Source of the DNA: Lama glama
Taxonomy: Eukaryota
Assembly: GCA_028534125.1 (NCBI GenBank)
Contig: CM052832.1
Location: 33,418,001 to 33,482,000, forward strand
DNA: 64,000 nt
Direction of reading: 5' to 3'
Part shown: piece after piece, positions 1-12,094 of the stretch
How positions within the stretch are numbered: the stretch's first letter is position 1
How the letters are laid out: each line of letters begins with the position of its first letter
Made by a program: the position numbers and the translations under genes
Notes under the pieces: model-generated
The model's database searches: none
The model's input: the letters and a program-made list of their open reading frames with translations, nothing else
What the model was told of the DNA's origin: nothing

Positions 1-329
1 AGGTAAGAAAATTCAACCACTGGGTCCTCAGCCAAAGAGCTCATCTGTCACCCTGACTGTCCTGACATGTCACTCTTGCTTTATTTCCAACTTGCCCCCA
101 TTTGTGCTTTCAAAGGCTGGCCTGGTGCCTCTGCATAGCATGTCAGGGCCAAGAAGTTGCTCTGAGCTCATCTGATCTGGAGAGATAGGACGACCTGTCA
201 GACTTTGATTTTGTTGCCTTTGCAAAATGCACGTATAGGAAAGAGCAGCACACGGTGAAAGTTAAAAAAAAAATTAAATAAGTGAAAAGCTCGGGAGGGT
301 GAAAAGTTGAGTGTGTGTAGACACACACA

Positions 330-1349
330 ACGAAATAGAAGACCAAATCGACAAACAACGAGGTGATCGCTACACATCCCACTCTGTATCCTAAAAATCA
401 GAGAGAAATTCTTTTTTTCCACATGACCTTTTAAATGCTACACACATGGATTCTGGTCAGCAAGAAAGAAGATCTCCATAATACTTTCACATTAAAAAGG
501 AAAAATAACATTTTTTGATACCACAATAAAACAAGAAATTAATAATAAAAGTAGAAACTTAAAAACAAATAAATCTACCATCTAGAAATATTTTTAAAAC
601 TTTAAATTCTTCTGCCACCGAAAAACCAAAATCAAAACAGCTGAATATTTAGAAAACCGCGCATGTCAAAACCTCTGAGGCACAATGAAAGACGTTCCCG
701 GAGGAAAGGAGTTGCTTTAGATTCTTAACATTATTGAAAAGAAAGTATGAAAGATGAGCAAAGAGAGCATGCAGTTTAAGAACATGGAAAAAAAAAAACA
801 ACAAAATGAATTCAAGGAAAACAGAAAGAAGGCATTACTACAAATCAAGTCAGAGATGAAAAAATAAAAAAACAGAAAAACAGGAATACCAAAAAGTAAA
901 CATAAGCATTGGTTTTAGTAAAACATTAAAAATCATTGGAATGATGAGGGGAGAAATACAAATGTGGAAAATTCAAATGATAATGCAAATGTAAAGTAAA
1001 TTTTCTAAATTCTAAGAGGCTAAGTTTAAACCTTCATACAAATAAATGTGTATAAATTAGAAAAATTGACCCCAGAACAGAAAAATCCACTCAGATCAAT
1101 TAACACAGAAGAAATAAAATTATTAAAGATCTGTTCCCTAAAATGCACCAAGTCTGGACAGTTTCAGAGATTTCCACCAAAGCTTAAGGAACAAGTACCC
1201 CCAATGCTATTCGCTCTGTTTCAGAGCAGTCATATTCTATTCATGCAAGTAGCATAATGTTGATAACAAGACCTCCCAAACATTATCACATGAGGGAAGA
1301 CTGCAGGGCAATTTCACTTGAAAACACCGATGAAGAAAACCCTAACAAC
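330..1349 (+). mobile_element. Ancient LINE-1 (L1M-type) ORF2 fragment, endonuclease-to-RT region, degenerate
   Basis: A-rich strand with collinear decayed ORF2 motifs. 'ccacaataaaacaagaaattaataat' ~ HNAIKLEINN; 'tgtcaaaacctctgaggcacaatgaaagacgttcccggaggaaag' ~ YQNLWDAAKAVLRGK; 'ccaagtctggacagtttc...tttccaccaaagcttaaggaac' ~ PGPDGF..EFYQTFKEE; 'gactgcagggcaatttcacttgaaaacaccgatgaagaaaaccctaac' ~ NYRPISLMNIDAKILN. Confidence 0.85.
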
Positions 1350-1939
1350 GTCACACAAACTGGACAAATGGCCCTGCTGGGCCAATGTGCACTGGGGACA
1401 CTGAGAGATGACATCTCTGGGGGATGTGTGGCCCCTTGTTGTCCATCACACTCTGAAGCACCGCCTGGCTCTCTGGCTGAGCCAGGTCTGATACCCCAGG
1501 GGAGGGATCCTGACTCTGAGGCTGAGGGGCCACCAGCACTTGCCTGATGTGATCAGGGACCAAGCTGCAAAACCAATATGGTGCAACAGAACCTTGGCTT
1601 CAGTTCTGTGCTGCAACCAAGGTTCACAGACTGGGGAGGGGAATCTTGGACTCCCCATGCTCCCCAATGAGAAAGGAACTGTAGTTCAAATGTGGAGCTA
1701 GAGGTATATGAAGGAGCAAAGTCAGAGCAGGGTTTGTCATAATGGCATTCACATCTGGGGAAACACCAGCCCGTATCCTGGCCTGCTCAGGAGCTGGAAT
1801 CCGGACCTTGCAGCTGACCAGAACTGATGCCTTAAACACTGGTCTGTAGCTGCCTTCCATGTGGCTTGAAAGAGCAGTTCCTTTTCTGGATGCCAGGTTT
1901 CCGGAAATCAACCCTGGACAGATGAACCCTTACTTCTTA

Positions 1940-2600
1940 ATCAGTAAGTAAAATCCAGAAAAATATTGTAAGAATAATGTGCCACTATCAAGTGGGCTGA
2001 TCTCAAGAATTCAAGGATAGTTCAACATTAGGAAAGTCATTAGCATTATTTACCATATTAAAACTGTCAAAAGAAAAAATTATGTGGTCTCCATAGGTGA
2101 CTTTAAAAACTGGTAAAATCCAACATCCAAACCTATTCTTGATTTTAAAAATAATAATTTAGGAAGAGATGAATTCTTTGGTAAGAAAATTGCTTTTAAA
2201 TTCAGAAATGAAAAATAGCTTTCTTTTATCACCGCTGTGACATAGAATTGTTCTATAGACACTAGAAATTCAATTAGAAAAAAAAAGAAAGGCACTTGAA
2301 ATTGGAAAATGGAAAGTAAAATCATTTCATCTGCAGACGATACTAATGTTTTACTAGGAAACCTAACAGTCAGTCCAAAACTACTACAGACAATAATCAG
2401 ATTCAGCAACATGGCCCAGTAGGAAGTTTCTATAATAAGCAAATTTTCAAAATGTGATGAAAGAAAAGACCCCAATGTGAAAGGAATAAGAAATACGGAG
2501 AATGTAATGAGTAAGCCATTTGCAAAACCTAAGTGAAGACCTACACCGAAGGACAGAAATACAGACATAAGCAAACAGAAAGGCAGCACTGCCCGAGGCC
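1940..2600 (+). mobile_element. Continuation of the same LINE-1 ORF2 (RT domain), degenerate
   Basis: Resumes with 'aatccagaaaaatattgtaagaataatgtgccactatcaagtgggctgatctcaagaattcaaggatagttcaacattagg' ~ [27 protein letters not shown]. Later 'gaaattggaaaatggaaagtaaaatcatttcatctgcagacgat' ~ IGKEEVKLSLFADD and 'aaactactacagacaataatcagattcagcaac' ~ KLLELINEFSK. Confidence 0.85.
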
Positions 2601-2714
2601 TGGGAGGCACAGGAGGAGCCATGGGGCAGGGACGTCATCCAGAGCCAGGGACCCTGCTCAGCCCTGACGCTCCAGGGCTCAGAGGGCAGAGCAGGAGGAC
2701 AACCTCTGGGGCAC

Positions 2715-2870
2715 TGCACCCCCACAGACTCGTAGGTGAAGCCCTGGCCCCCAGTGTGGCCGTATTGAAGATGGGGTCTCTAAGGTAGTACTTAAGGTTG
2801 AAAGAGACCCTGAGGGTGGGGTCCTGGTCCACTAGGATTAGTGTCCTTGTAAGAGACGCCACAGGGCTCA
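2715..2870 (+). mobile_element. MaLR LTR fragment (MLT1A/B-like 5' part)
   Basis: 'gaagccctggcccccagtgtggccgtattgaagatggggtctctaaggtagtacttaaggttgaaa...gggtggggtcctggtccactaggattagtgtccttgtaagag' follows the MLT1/MST 5' consensus. Confidence 0.75.
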
Positions 2871-3339
2871 TCCGTGGTGGTGAAAGTGTGAAAAAATAGA
2901 CACAAATTATCGTTAGTGTCCCCAACTCCAGTTCCTGAACCCATTGTGGAGGGTTAAGCCCCTCCCTCCTCCCGTGGGTGCCGTGTGCCTTCAGCCTCCT
3001 CTTTGAAGGCCCAACTCGGTCTCACCTCCATAAGTGGGGTCCCAGCTTTCCTTTCTTGCTGCACTGGCTCCAGTTGCTCAGATGAGCCGAAATTCCCTCA
3101 GTGGCCTGAGGCCACCATGTCACAGAAGAGAGTGGGACAGCTAACCTGTTTCCCCACGCTGGCTGTAAGGACAGATGACTGATGTCTCCTTAACGGGTGG
3201 CGTGGGCGAGGGCTGTCTGCAACGCCAAAGAGATGCCTGGAGTCGTGACCCGAAGAGGAAGTTTTCGGCAGGAGAGTTTCTGAAGTCATCACTGTGAGTT
3301 GGGCCCCAGTGTCCCCCAGGCATAGCCCAAAGGCTGCTC

Positions 3340-3700
3340 GGCAGCCCGGGTCCACACAGGAAGAGAAGGCGACTCACACGGTTTACCGGGGAAGCTTTTA
3401 ATGAAGACATTATTTGCAGAGGTTTGGGCAGGTGAGGCTGTAGTCAGGTATTCCAGAAGCAACACGGAAAACCATTAGCACCCCACCTAAAAGGTAGGGC
3501 GGGGGAGTCTCCCCAGGGGGGACACGGTCACTGCAGACCTGGGACAGCTGGGTAAACTTCCAACCTCTTTCTGCCCCATCCTCTGATACCCTCTGATAGC
3601 CCACAGGCATTGTCCACTGGTCAAACCCAACTGGACGCCGGCCTCCCTGGCACAGAGCAGGCTGAGAAGGATGGAGAATAACTCTGGGCCCTGCGGCCAG
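3340..3700 (-). mobile_element. Old ERVL/MaLR LTR fragment (LTR33/MLT1K-like)
   Basis: 'tccactggtcaaacccaactggacgccggcctccctggcacagagcaggctgagaaggatggagaa' and 'tttaatgaagacattatttgcagaggtttgggcagg' resemble the reverse strand of these LTRs. Confidence 0.5.
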
Positions 3701-4398
3701 CACAGCGGCCATCTGCTCCTGAGGCTCATGTGATCCCCGCGGTCTTCTTCCTTCAGAGCTCGCACCACTGGCAGTAGAACGTCCAGCGATCACCCTGACC
3801 TCACGTTCATGAGGACTGTTAGAATTTGCCCTCTCCCTGGGGTGTGAAGCAAAGTCACCGAGGAGCTGAGATGTGTTACAGGAAACTGATGCATTACTAG
3901 GTCCGAAAAATCACCTGAAGCATCTCCAAGAGTCACTGAAGAGTAGAAAACAAAAACAAAAGAGGAAGGCAGTTTGTATAAGGGCAATTCTTTGGACACC
4001 ACTGAAAATCAGTGTTTGTATGATGTGTTCACAAAAGCCAAAACGCACTCCAGGACAGATTCCATCACCTGTAAAACAGGCTTGTTGTGGTCCCTGTAAG
4101 GTAGCACAGGCATGCAGACAAAGCAAACGATGTTTGTGAAAGTACTTGTTCAACTGCAAAGAACTAAACAAAAATAAGTTAAAATATTATATTTACATCA
4201 TACAGTGTATTATGATAACATTACATAATCTAATGCATATTAATAAACATGCATTATATTTATATTACAGATTCAGAAGAAATTCTCTAGTTTGCTCTTT
4301 TACTGAACCAGTATTAATTAAGCACCTGTCACGGGCCAAGGCTCGAGAACACACCAGCACGAAAAGTCCTGCCCCGGGAATTTGCACTCCCAGAAGCA

Positions 4399-4717
4399 CA
4401 GGGTTCAGCCAACTGTAATAGGCAGGCCCCATCCAGCCCGTGTCTGTTTATTTACAGCCTGTGAGCTAAATGTCATTTTTACAGTTTTAAGTGTTCTTTT
4501 AATGAAAAGAATAATATTTCATGTAAAAATTAGATTCAATACAAATCTTCATGTCCATAAACAAGCTCCATTGGAGCAGGGCCACGCCGCTGCTTTAAAT
4601 GTTCACGCGGCTGTTTTGCGCCATCACCGCGGCGCTGGGTAGCTGAGACCGACTGCAAGGCCGCCAGGTCTAAGGTAGTTGTTGTCTGGCTTCACAGAAG
4701 AATGTTGCTGAGCCCTG
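4399..4717 (+). mobile_element. MER58B non-autonomous hAT-Charlie DNA transposon, near full length, within an L2 remnant
   Basis: Terminal inverted repeats 'cagggttcagccaac' and 'gttgctgagccctg'. Internal 'gagctaaatgtcatttttacagttttaa', 'aagaataatatttcatg' and 'tgtccataaacaag..attggagcagggccacgc' match MER58B. Flanks (4290-4390, 4720-4760) look like an antisense L2 3' end. Confidence 0.85.
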
Positions 4718-5219
4718 GTCTAGTGGAAGACAGGTCTATGAAAACACACGTGAGCAAGTTCAGCGTAAGGGTGAAGTCAGGGCAGCCGCAGGAAGGGAGG
4801 AACGAGCCCGGGGGCCTGAAGTTTTAGGAGGAGCTGGGGGTGGCCATTTGGGGGCAAATGGTACCATCCGTGCAGAACTGATGGATGGAGCCACCAGCAG
4901 GGCTTCCTCCAGAACCTGTTTCTGCAGCCCGGATGTTGGGTTTATACAGACCCACCCAACGCCTGGCCTTTTCCAGGGGACCAACGCCAAACCCGTGCTA
5001 GGTTAACAGACGGCTGGGCGTTTAGGAGACGGGCTACCTGGCCTTGGTGCAACTTAATTGCTCAGAAATTGCAGCCACACACACCTATAGCTTTGTTGCC
5101 ACTGGGTTTCCATCAACTACCCACTTGCCACGGAGAGAAACGGGAAGTGTGTGGTTGGAAATGGTTGGCAATGATTCAAGGATTCAAAAAAAAAAAGGTA
5201 ACAGAAAGAATTGGGTTAA

Positions 5220-5830
5220 AGCGAGGCCCACGAGCGGAGGGACAGCGGGTGAGAAACCACAGCACTAACGGCAGCGCGGGACAAGAGGCTGACCCCACCC
5301 CCGAGAACGAGCGAGACCAAGTCCAGGGCGTGGGCCCACGAGCCGGGGCGCGGACGACACGGCACCAGGACCAGGCCGTGCACGGTCGCGCGCAGCATGC
5401 TGGTCCCCACCCCTGATTCCAGGCGAAATGGACCCCACTCCCGACAGCGGCAGGAAGGCTGTGCAGGGCTGACCTGAGACGGACAAGGGACACCGAGCGA
5501 GTTATCTGATGAGCAGCCTCCCCCTTCCCTCCTCCCGCGCTGGCCCTGGTCCTGGTCCCCGCTCTCCGCCGCACTGTGGGGACGGGTGCTGGGTCGGGGG
5601 GCATCCCCTGCTGAGATCCCGGAAGGACTCCCAACCGAGAAGAAAGGGGAGCCTCCCTGTGCAGAGAGGATGCGCAGTCACGGGAGGGCGGGAGTGGCCG
5701 CCCCCGCGTCCCGGCACGTTCCTGAGAGGCCCCTTCTGTCCCCTGGAGCGCTGTGCTGCCAGCCCCACGCAGCTGCCGCGGGCGTGTCCAGCCTCGCAGG
5801 TGCGGGCAGGAAAGCAGCCCCTGCCCCGCT
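5220..5830. promoter_or_regulatory. CpG-dense GC-rich segment (CpG-island-like)
   Basis: Many CpGs and GC boxes (e.g. 'gggcgggag', 'gccgcccccgcg'). The whole window is CpG-rich, so regulatory status is uncertain. Confidence 0.3.
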
Positions 5831-5999
5831 GAGAGCTAAAGGGAGCTTTGTGCAGATCTCACCTTATTTCTGTTCATTTCTGGAAGGTGTGTTCACTGCC
5901 ATCTAGCACTTTGTTCAAATCCTAAAGGCTTGCTCAGCTGCCGGCCTCGCCTGAAAGAAGACGGCTGTGTGGAGGTGTTTACGGATTTAAAATGCCTGC

Positions 6000-6150
6000 G
6001 TCTCATACAGCCTCACAACAATGCTGGGGGGCAGTGGTCATTTCATTCCCATTTTGCAGATGAGAACACTGAGACCCAGAAAGGCAAGGTACCTTGTCCG
6101 AGATGATTCAGCTGAAACTGTCAGGGCCAGGGCAGGCCCGGCTCTTGGGA
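6000..6150 (-). mobile_element. MIR SINE
   Basis: MIR core reverse complement: 'cctcacaacaatgct...attcccattttgcagatgagaacactgagacccagaaaggcaaggtaccttgtccgaga'. Confidence 0.85.
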
Positions 6151-6421
6151 GGCCAGCTCCTCCGCATTCCATCCGCCGCAGCTGCCCAGACAGACTGTGT
6201 TTACCTCCCGATTGATCCAATGCTTTCCCTAAAGAGTTAGCATTGAAAGTGTTTGCTTAAGCGTATCCCAAGAGAGCAAGATTCTTCCTTAAGGAGCAAG
6301 GACCAGGTAGAATGTAAAACAATTAAGCATAATGCTAATTGTGAAAGTGTGTGTGTGTCTGCATGTAGGAGTTGGTTATGGGATGTATGCGGATTTCTCT
6401 GTGGGGCAAAGTGTATTTTGA

Positions 6422-6442
6422 GTGTGTGTGTGTGTGTGTGTG
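6422..6442. repeat. (TG)n microsatellite
   Basis: About 10 perfect GT units. Confidence 0.95.
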
Positions 6443-7193
6443 AAGTCCACACAAGGCACGAGGCATCCTGCCAGGAAGAACGTGGGAGGCGAGAAGGAAA
6501 ACCATAGAACTCAGTGCTGCTCTGGGACTTGGGAGCCAGCAGATCAGGGGGAGGTTTCCAGGGAAGGGGACCCTCGGAGTGGCACCCGTTTCCATGTCTC
6601 TGCCGGTGGCAGGAAGGCCAGTCCCCCACCACTTGCCAGTTTCCCATGTGTGTTTGCCTCAATCGCAAGGAATTTTTTTAGAAGACGCCAAAGACAGGTC
6701 TGTTTGTAAATGCAGACCAGAGATGGGGTCTGCATGTTTTTTACAGTTTCCCTGTGACAGTTTTAATCCTATTGGCTTCCTTCTATTACTCTTCAGAGAA
6801 TTTTTATTCGTGGAAAACAGCACATTGTTCATCTCTGAAACACTAGATAGTTGGGTGACTCGGAGGGTATTCTGAAAATTATAAATGATAAGGAAACTCT
6901 GGGCCAAATTTTTTATATGACTCTCCAAGAATTATGTAGGATGGGAACCTGACCCTTTGAGAGTTAAAACTATTTTAGAGACAGAGAAGACTTGCTGCAC
7001 TGGAGGGAAAGCGCATTAAATCATATCGGTGGCGCAATTATCTCAGCAAAGACTCTCAGAGCTGAAGTTCACATTGCGGGTCAGGAGGATGGTTGGGGGA
7101 AACAGGGTCCCGCTCGTTAAAATAAAGCAATTAGTTTAATATATACTATCGGGGAAAGAGCAGGGAGGGAAATCCCCCTTGTCAAATGCTGAC

Positions 7194-7262
7194 CATTCAG
7201 AGCTTCGTTTAGCGCACAAGTAATAAGGCCGTCTTCGTGAAAAAATTGGCCCCATACCACGC
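7194..7262 (-). CDS. Candidate exon E5 (69 nt) of a hypothetical minus-strand gene
   Basis: tttgcacttag|GCGTGG...CTGAATG|gtcagc. Phase 2-2 reading (W)RGMGPIFSRRRPYYLCAKRSSE; a second frame is also open. Splice signals are weak. Confidence 0.2.
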
Positions 7263-8199
7263 CTAAGTGCAAACATGTGTGTTCTTTCTTTCTTTAATTC
7301 ATTGAAACTTCTGTTAACTGGGAATGTTTTTATGTGCATTCTGTTGTTCCCTTTCTTACTCGAACAAAAATGTGCCAGGGGACAGGCAGGAATGGTGCCC
7401 AAGGTTGCAAGCACGTTGAGACACCATAAAATATTTAACAGCTCTTTCTGGTAGGGTTAACCTCCACCAAACGGCTACACAAACTTTAATTTACAGTTCA
7501 CAGGCTGAAGCACTCAGAGGGACTAAGATTTTGTGCTGCTAATTTGTATCTCTTAGAGACGTTAAATTTGAAAAGAGCCATTCAGAAGTTCCCAAACCCG
7601 CATTCCTTCCTGTGAAATAAAGGTCTTGGCTTCCAGGAGTCCACATTCTTCGCCCCAGAGAAGAGCTGTTGCTGAGGTGGCTTTGTTTTGCTCCCTGTAG
7701 AGGTTTTTTTAAAATAAGCCTTGAAAATAGGTGATCTGGACCCAACTGGGATCCAGAGTTCACTTGGGTCTTAGAAAATGTGCGAAATGAATTAGCTTTC
7801 GCGGTAACACACCTAGGTGATTCTCAGACGAGTACCCTGAGTTTCCACTTGCCCAGAGGAGGGGCTGCTGTGCGACTCCAGCCCTCTGAAGCCCCAGAAC
7901 AGGCAGAATCATCTATGCTGAAAACACCCAGGACTTCTTCAGAGTAACAAGTTGGGAGAGAGGCGAAGGGAGGCACTGTCGGCAATTAGGCCAGGAACTC
8001 GGGCTAAACTGAAGAGGCTCAGACAAGCTCAGACATACCGTCACCCCACGCATAGGTAGTCCTGACTCAGTTTAAACCATCCTCAGGTCCACATTCAAAA
8101 TATGCATTTCCTATGGGTTATCTTAGAGTGTTAAAGTCCTCACAAAGCTACTCAAAATTCATACAGTCCCCCTTCCTCTAATACGGAAGCTATAGAATT

Positions 8200-8570
8200 T
8201 GTGCAGTAGAGGGTAGATATGAGAGCCGGTTTGTTCTGGGCTGTGAGATATAAGTAGATGTCCTAGGGAAGAAGGTCCTAGAAAGATTTTGAAAGATGAA
8301 GGACCCAGTAGGCCTGCCCCTTTCCACCTTTTGCCCCTTTTCCTTCATTCATCTCCTTTCTTTCTGCCTGGAATGTAGTGCCTGGAGCTGCAGCAGCCAT
8401 TTTGCCACCATGAGGATGAAGACCCACAAACTAAGGCAGAGCAGGAAGACAGATGGAACCTCGATATTAGCCCTGTTTCAGCCACACTAAAATGTCTCGT
8501 TATCTGGCACAAATATTTTTTAAACATCTTCACATTTTCTGTTACATTCGGTCAAACACATGCCTAACAT
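8200..8570 (+). mobile_element. MaLR LTR (MLT1J/I-like)
   Basis: 'ttctgcctggaatgtagtgcctggagctgcagcagccattttgccaccatgaggatgaagac...ctaagg' and terminal 'ttttctgttacattcggtcaaacacatgcctaaca'. Confidence 0.75.
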
Positions 8571-10514
8571 TCAGGGTATCTTAGATCAGCTCTCAGAAAG
8601 GTTTTACTTTAATTCACATTAAACTGAGCAATGAGTACATTGTATAGAACACTTTAAGTAGGAAGAGAAAAGAGTGAAACTCTGCACAACCAAAACACAC
8701 AGAAACATAAACGGGCAGGGTCATGGAAACCAGGTGTGGGGGGGGGCCTCCAAGCCAGTCCGCGTGTCTTCCTGCCCCTCTTCCACTCTCCTTGACATCT
8801 TTGTACTGAGTCTGGTCCAAAAAGAAACAGACAAAGTGCAGGCCTGCAGTGTAGAGGGGCTGCCCCAGGCAGAATGACCCTGCAGCCTGGGGGAGACTAT
8901 AGAAAGAGTGGGGAATCATTGCCGAATAGAAGGCTCTGGGGTTCCACCTGGTTACATCTGAGGGCCCCAGGCGACTCCACTCCCAGCGTCCACCTCCCTC
9001 CCTCCATTCCCAGCAGAGACCCCATCTCACAGCCAAATCCTCCAATAGCCTCCAAATGCCAAGGGTCTGGAGGCAACAACCCGCCATGAAATCCGAGTTG
9101 AGGGACCTGTTGGTGACGACGGTTGGGAGTGAGTTGCAGCCACTCTGAGGGCCGGGGGTCACCAGGACACAGGACACCAGGGCAGCTGAGCTATCTGACA
9201 GCTCTGCTGCTACCTGCCAGCCCGGGTTCCCAGATTGGGTTCAGATGTAACAGTCTGAGCAGAGTGAACTCGCACGGCATGAAAACGTAAAGGAGATTCC
9301 AATCTGCCTCTTTCTTATGTTTCCAGAAACAGCTGGCTTCTTGCCCAGGACCAATGTACGACTGTAACTGGCTAAACTTTGAGAAAGGGTGGCTTCACTT
9401 GGAGTCAGTACGTAGGACGCCGTAGATAACGTCTTTCAGCACCCCAGCTCAGCATCACTGTGCCATTTTGATACTGTTTAAGCCTCTATCTTCGAGCGAG
9501 GCAGCCACCCGGGGCTGGGCGTGCAGGCAGCTGACACTGGGAACACAAGCAGAAAACTGTCAGGCTGCCTCATTCCTGCCGTCCACATGGTGCATTTCAC
9601 CGGACACTCGCTTATTACAAAACTTGAAAAATATTGCAAACATCTTTCAAAGCCAAACCTTGCCCCAGTTCAACAACTAACGCGATGTGAGTGGCCTGTG
9701 AGTTTACAAATCTGGAAGTCACATTCGATCACCAGCAGGAAAGGGAGTTTATGTTCGTGGCCAAGTCTGTTTTCTGCTTATGACAGGATTTTTTAAATTG
9801 CTGGTGAAACTCGCTCTGGCACAGATGGAAAGTCACCAGCAAACGCTGACTCCTTCACTTTGTGGTGACTGTTTTGCTCTCTTCTGTTTTTCAAAATAGT
9901 GGCATTTTTGAAAATAGAAAAGTGTATCTTCTAGTGTCAAAGTTCTAGCCCTGCCCTGGTTACGCAAAAGGTTTCAAACAAGCCATTTTATTTCGAAGTG
10001 TGTGGATTTGAAACAGGCACAAGTGACTAGGATCATATTTACGTCCCTGCTTTAGTCACTCCTGCTGCTACTGGAGCCTTCACTGTTGAGGTTCGACGGG
10101 CGTCACACCGGGACACGGGGACGTCGGCACACCGGACCCGCGTGGAGGCAGCTCGGCACAGCCACAGGAAGACGTCGGGGCGCTGGGTCCTGGACGCAGT
10201 TCCCCCTCAGCACCGGCACGTGGGGCTTCGGTCACATTTGTCACCCTCGTAGGCCAGACACTGCCTCCCGGTCTTGGCAAGAGGTCAAGTACAAAGAAAC
10301 ACTGTCTGACATCCATGGTTTTCATTAGAAAAGCAATTAAAATGTATTTTCCTGGGGTCTCTTTAAAATGCAAAAGGGTATTCTATTAATTAAAAACAAA
10401 CACACGAGCACATAAAGGACTCCGGAAATCATTCTTTATCTTTCAGTGTCTTCAGCACATGCCAGCATCTCCTCAAACCTCTCTCTGCTTCTCTCCAAGC
10501 TTGTCAAGAAGACT

Positions 10515-10813
10515 GAACAGACTCACAGACACAGAAAACAAACTTACGGTCACCAAAGGGGAAAGGGGTGGGGGGAGGGATAAATTAGGGGTTTGGGATT
10601 AGCAAATACAAACCACTATATGTAAAACAGATAACAAGGTCCTGCTGTACAGCACAGGGAACTATAGTCAACATCTTATAATAGCATATAATGGAAAGGA
10701 ATCTGGAAAAGAATCTGCGTATGTGTGTATGTGTATAACTGAATCACCGTGCTGTGCACCAGAAACTAACACAACACTGTAAATCGACTATATTTCAATT
10801 TTTTAAAAAGACT
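10515..10813 (+). mobile_element. 5'-truncated cetartiodactyl LINE-1 3' UTR (L1_Art-like) with candidate target-site duplication
   Basis: 'acagactcacagacacagaaaacaaacttacggtcaccaaagggg...gggataaattaggggtttgggattagc...acaaggtcctgctgtacagcacagggaactata...gtataactgaatcaccgtgctgtgcaccagaaactaacacaacactgtaaatcgactatatttcaat'. Flanked by aagaagact (10506-10514) and aaaaagact (10805-10813). Confidence 0.92.
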
Positions 10814-11475
10814 CCTTCAAGTCAGGTTCAGCTGAAGCCTGCCGATCTCCCTGCCCACCTACCCCTTTCCCTCCTAGAATTTTCTGGAAGCCAGTCAACT
10901 CTCCCCAGATTCTCCGCCTCTGCCACCTGGTCATTACTTTAATCCTGCGCCGAGAGGCCCCGAAGCAGAGTAGGTTAAGACGGAGCCCCTCTCACTGGGC
11001 AGCAGCAGGGTTTGGGGGTGCAGACGGGGCTACTGAAGGGGCAAAAGATTCCACAGTTTAGGGAAAATGTAAACATTCAAAACTTCTCTGCAGCCAAATT
11101 CCAACTTCTTTTCTAGGTAATCAGAACTAACAGTAAGTCCCGAGATCGAGCAGTTCGAATCCGGTTCCTTCGCCCTGCTTAGCCTTGTGATTTGGCCCTA
11201 GAGAAGGCGCGGCTGTGGGAAAGTCAAGGGGAAGATGCCCCCACTCCCTCTGTATCCAACACGAAGCCCTGCACAGCGGCCTTCAGCAACCACCATCACC
11301 AAGGCCTGGGCCGAACTGTCCTCAGGACCATTCACGCCTGTCTTCCCGCTGGCCCTTTGGTACACCTTCCTCAACTGAGCTCAAGTAGCCCACTTCCAGC
11401 CCATCTACAGCTCAGGACTGCAAGGGGCTTTCTTGGAGGTAATCCACAGCCTGCAGAAAACCCACCATGGGTTGT

Positions 11476-11612
11476 NNNNNNNNNNNNNNNNNNNNNNNNN
11501 NNNNNNNNNNNNNNNNNNNNNNNNNNNNNNNNNNNNNNNNNNNNNNNNNNNNNNNNNNNNNNNNNNNNNNNNNNNNNNNNNNNNNNNNNNNNNNNNNNNN
11601 NNNNNNNNNNNN
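11476..11612. other. Assembly gap, exits into a (GT)n run
   Basis: N run. Confidence 0.99.
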
Positions 11613-11938
11613 GTGTGTGTGTGTGTCACTGGAATATAGGGACTCGCCTGATAGGCTCCCCAGAAAATAACCTGTGTGGCCACTTGCGTCTCTCCACTGT
11701 GTTCTCCTGGCCTGGAACAGTGTAGACGCACAATGAGAAAAAAGACACATAGTTAGAAATACACTTGGGGTGTCTATTTTCAGCTCCTCAGGGCAGAGAT
11801 GAACCGCTGCTCCGGGTGTGCAGCGCGGGCGCGAGGTGCTGGGCGTCGGGTACCAGGTCCCTCCTCGTGCGGATCGGCTGTGGGTTCACTGCCCTCAGCT
11901 GACCCCCTACCTTTTGTCCCATGATGTGCTTTTGTGCA

Positions 11939-12094
11939 NNNNNNNNNNNNNNNNNNNNNNNNNNNNNNNNNNNNNNNNNNNNNNNNNNNNNNNNNNNNNN
12001 NNNNNNNNNNNNNNNNNNNNNNNNNNNNNNNNNNNNNNNNNNNNNNNNNNNNNNNNNNNNNNNNNNNNNNNNNNNNNNNNNNNNNNNNNNNNNN
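11939..12094. other. Assembly gap
   Basis: N run. Confidence 0.99.

Noticed and set aside
1590-1624. Hairpin as miRNA candidate
   Set aside because: Stem far too short (~13 bp) for a pre-miRNA.
2080-2622. 180-aa hydrophobic 'membrane protein' ORF
   Set aside because: Antisense translation of the A-rich L1 ORF2 relic.
11140-11200. GTTCGAATCC B-box suggesting a tRNA
   Set aside because: No cloverleaf; the context fits the tRNA-derived head of a decayed MIR.
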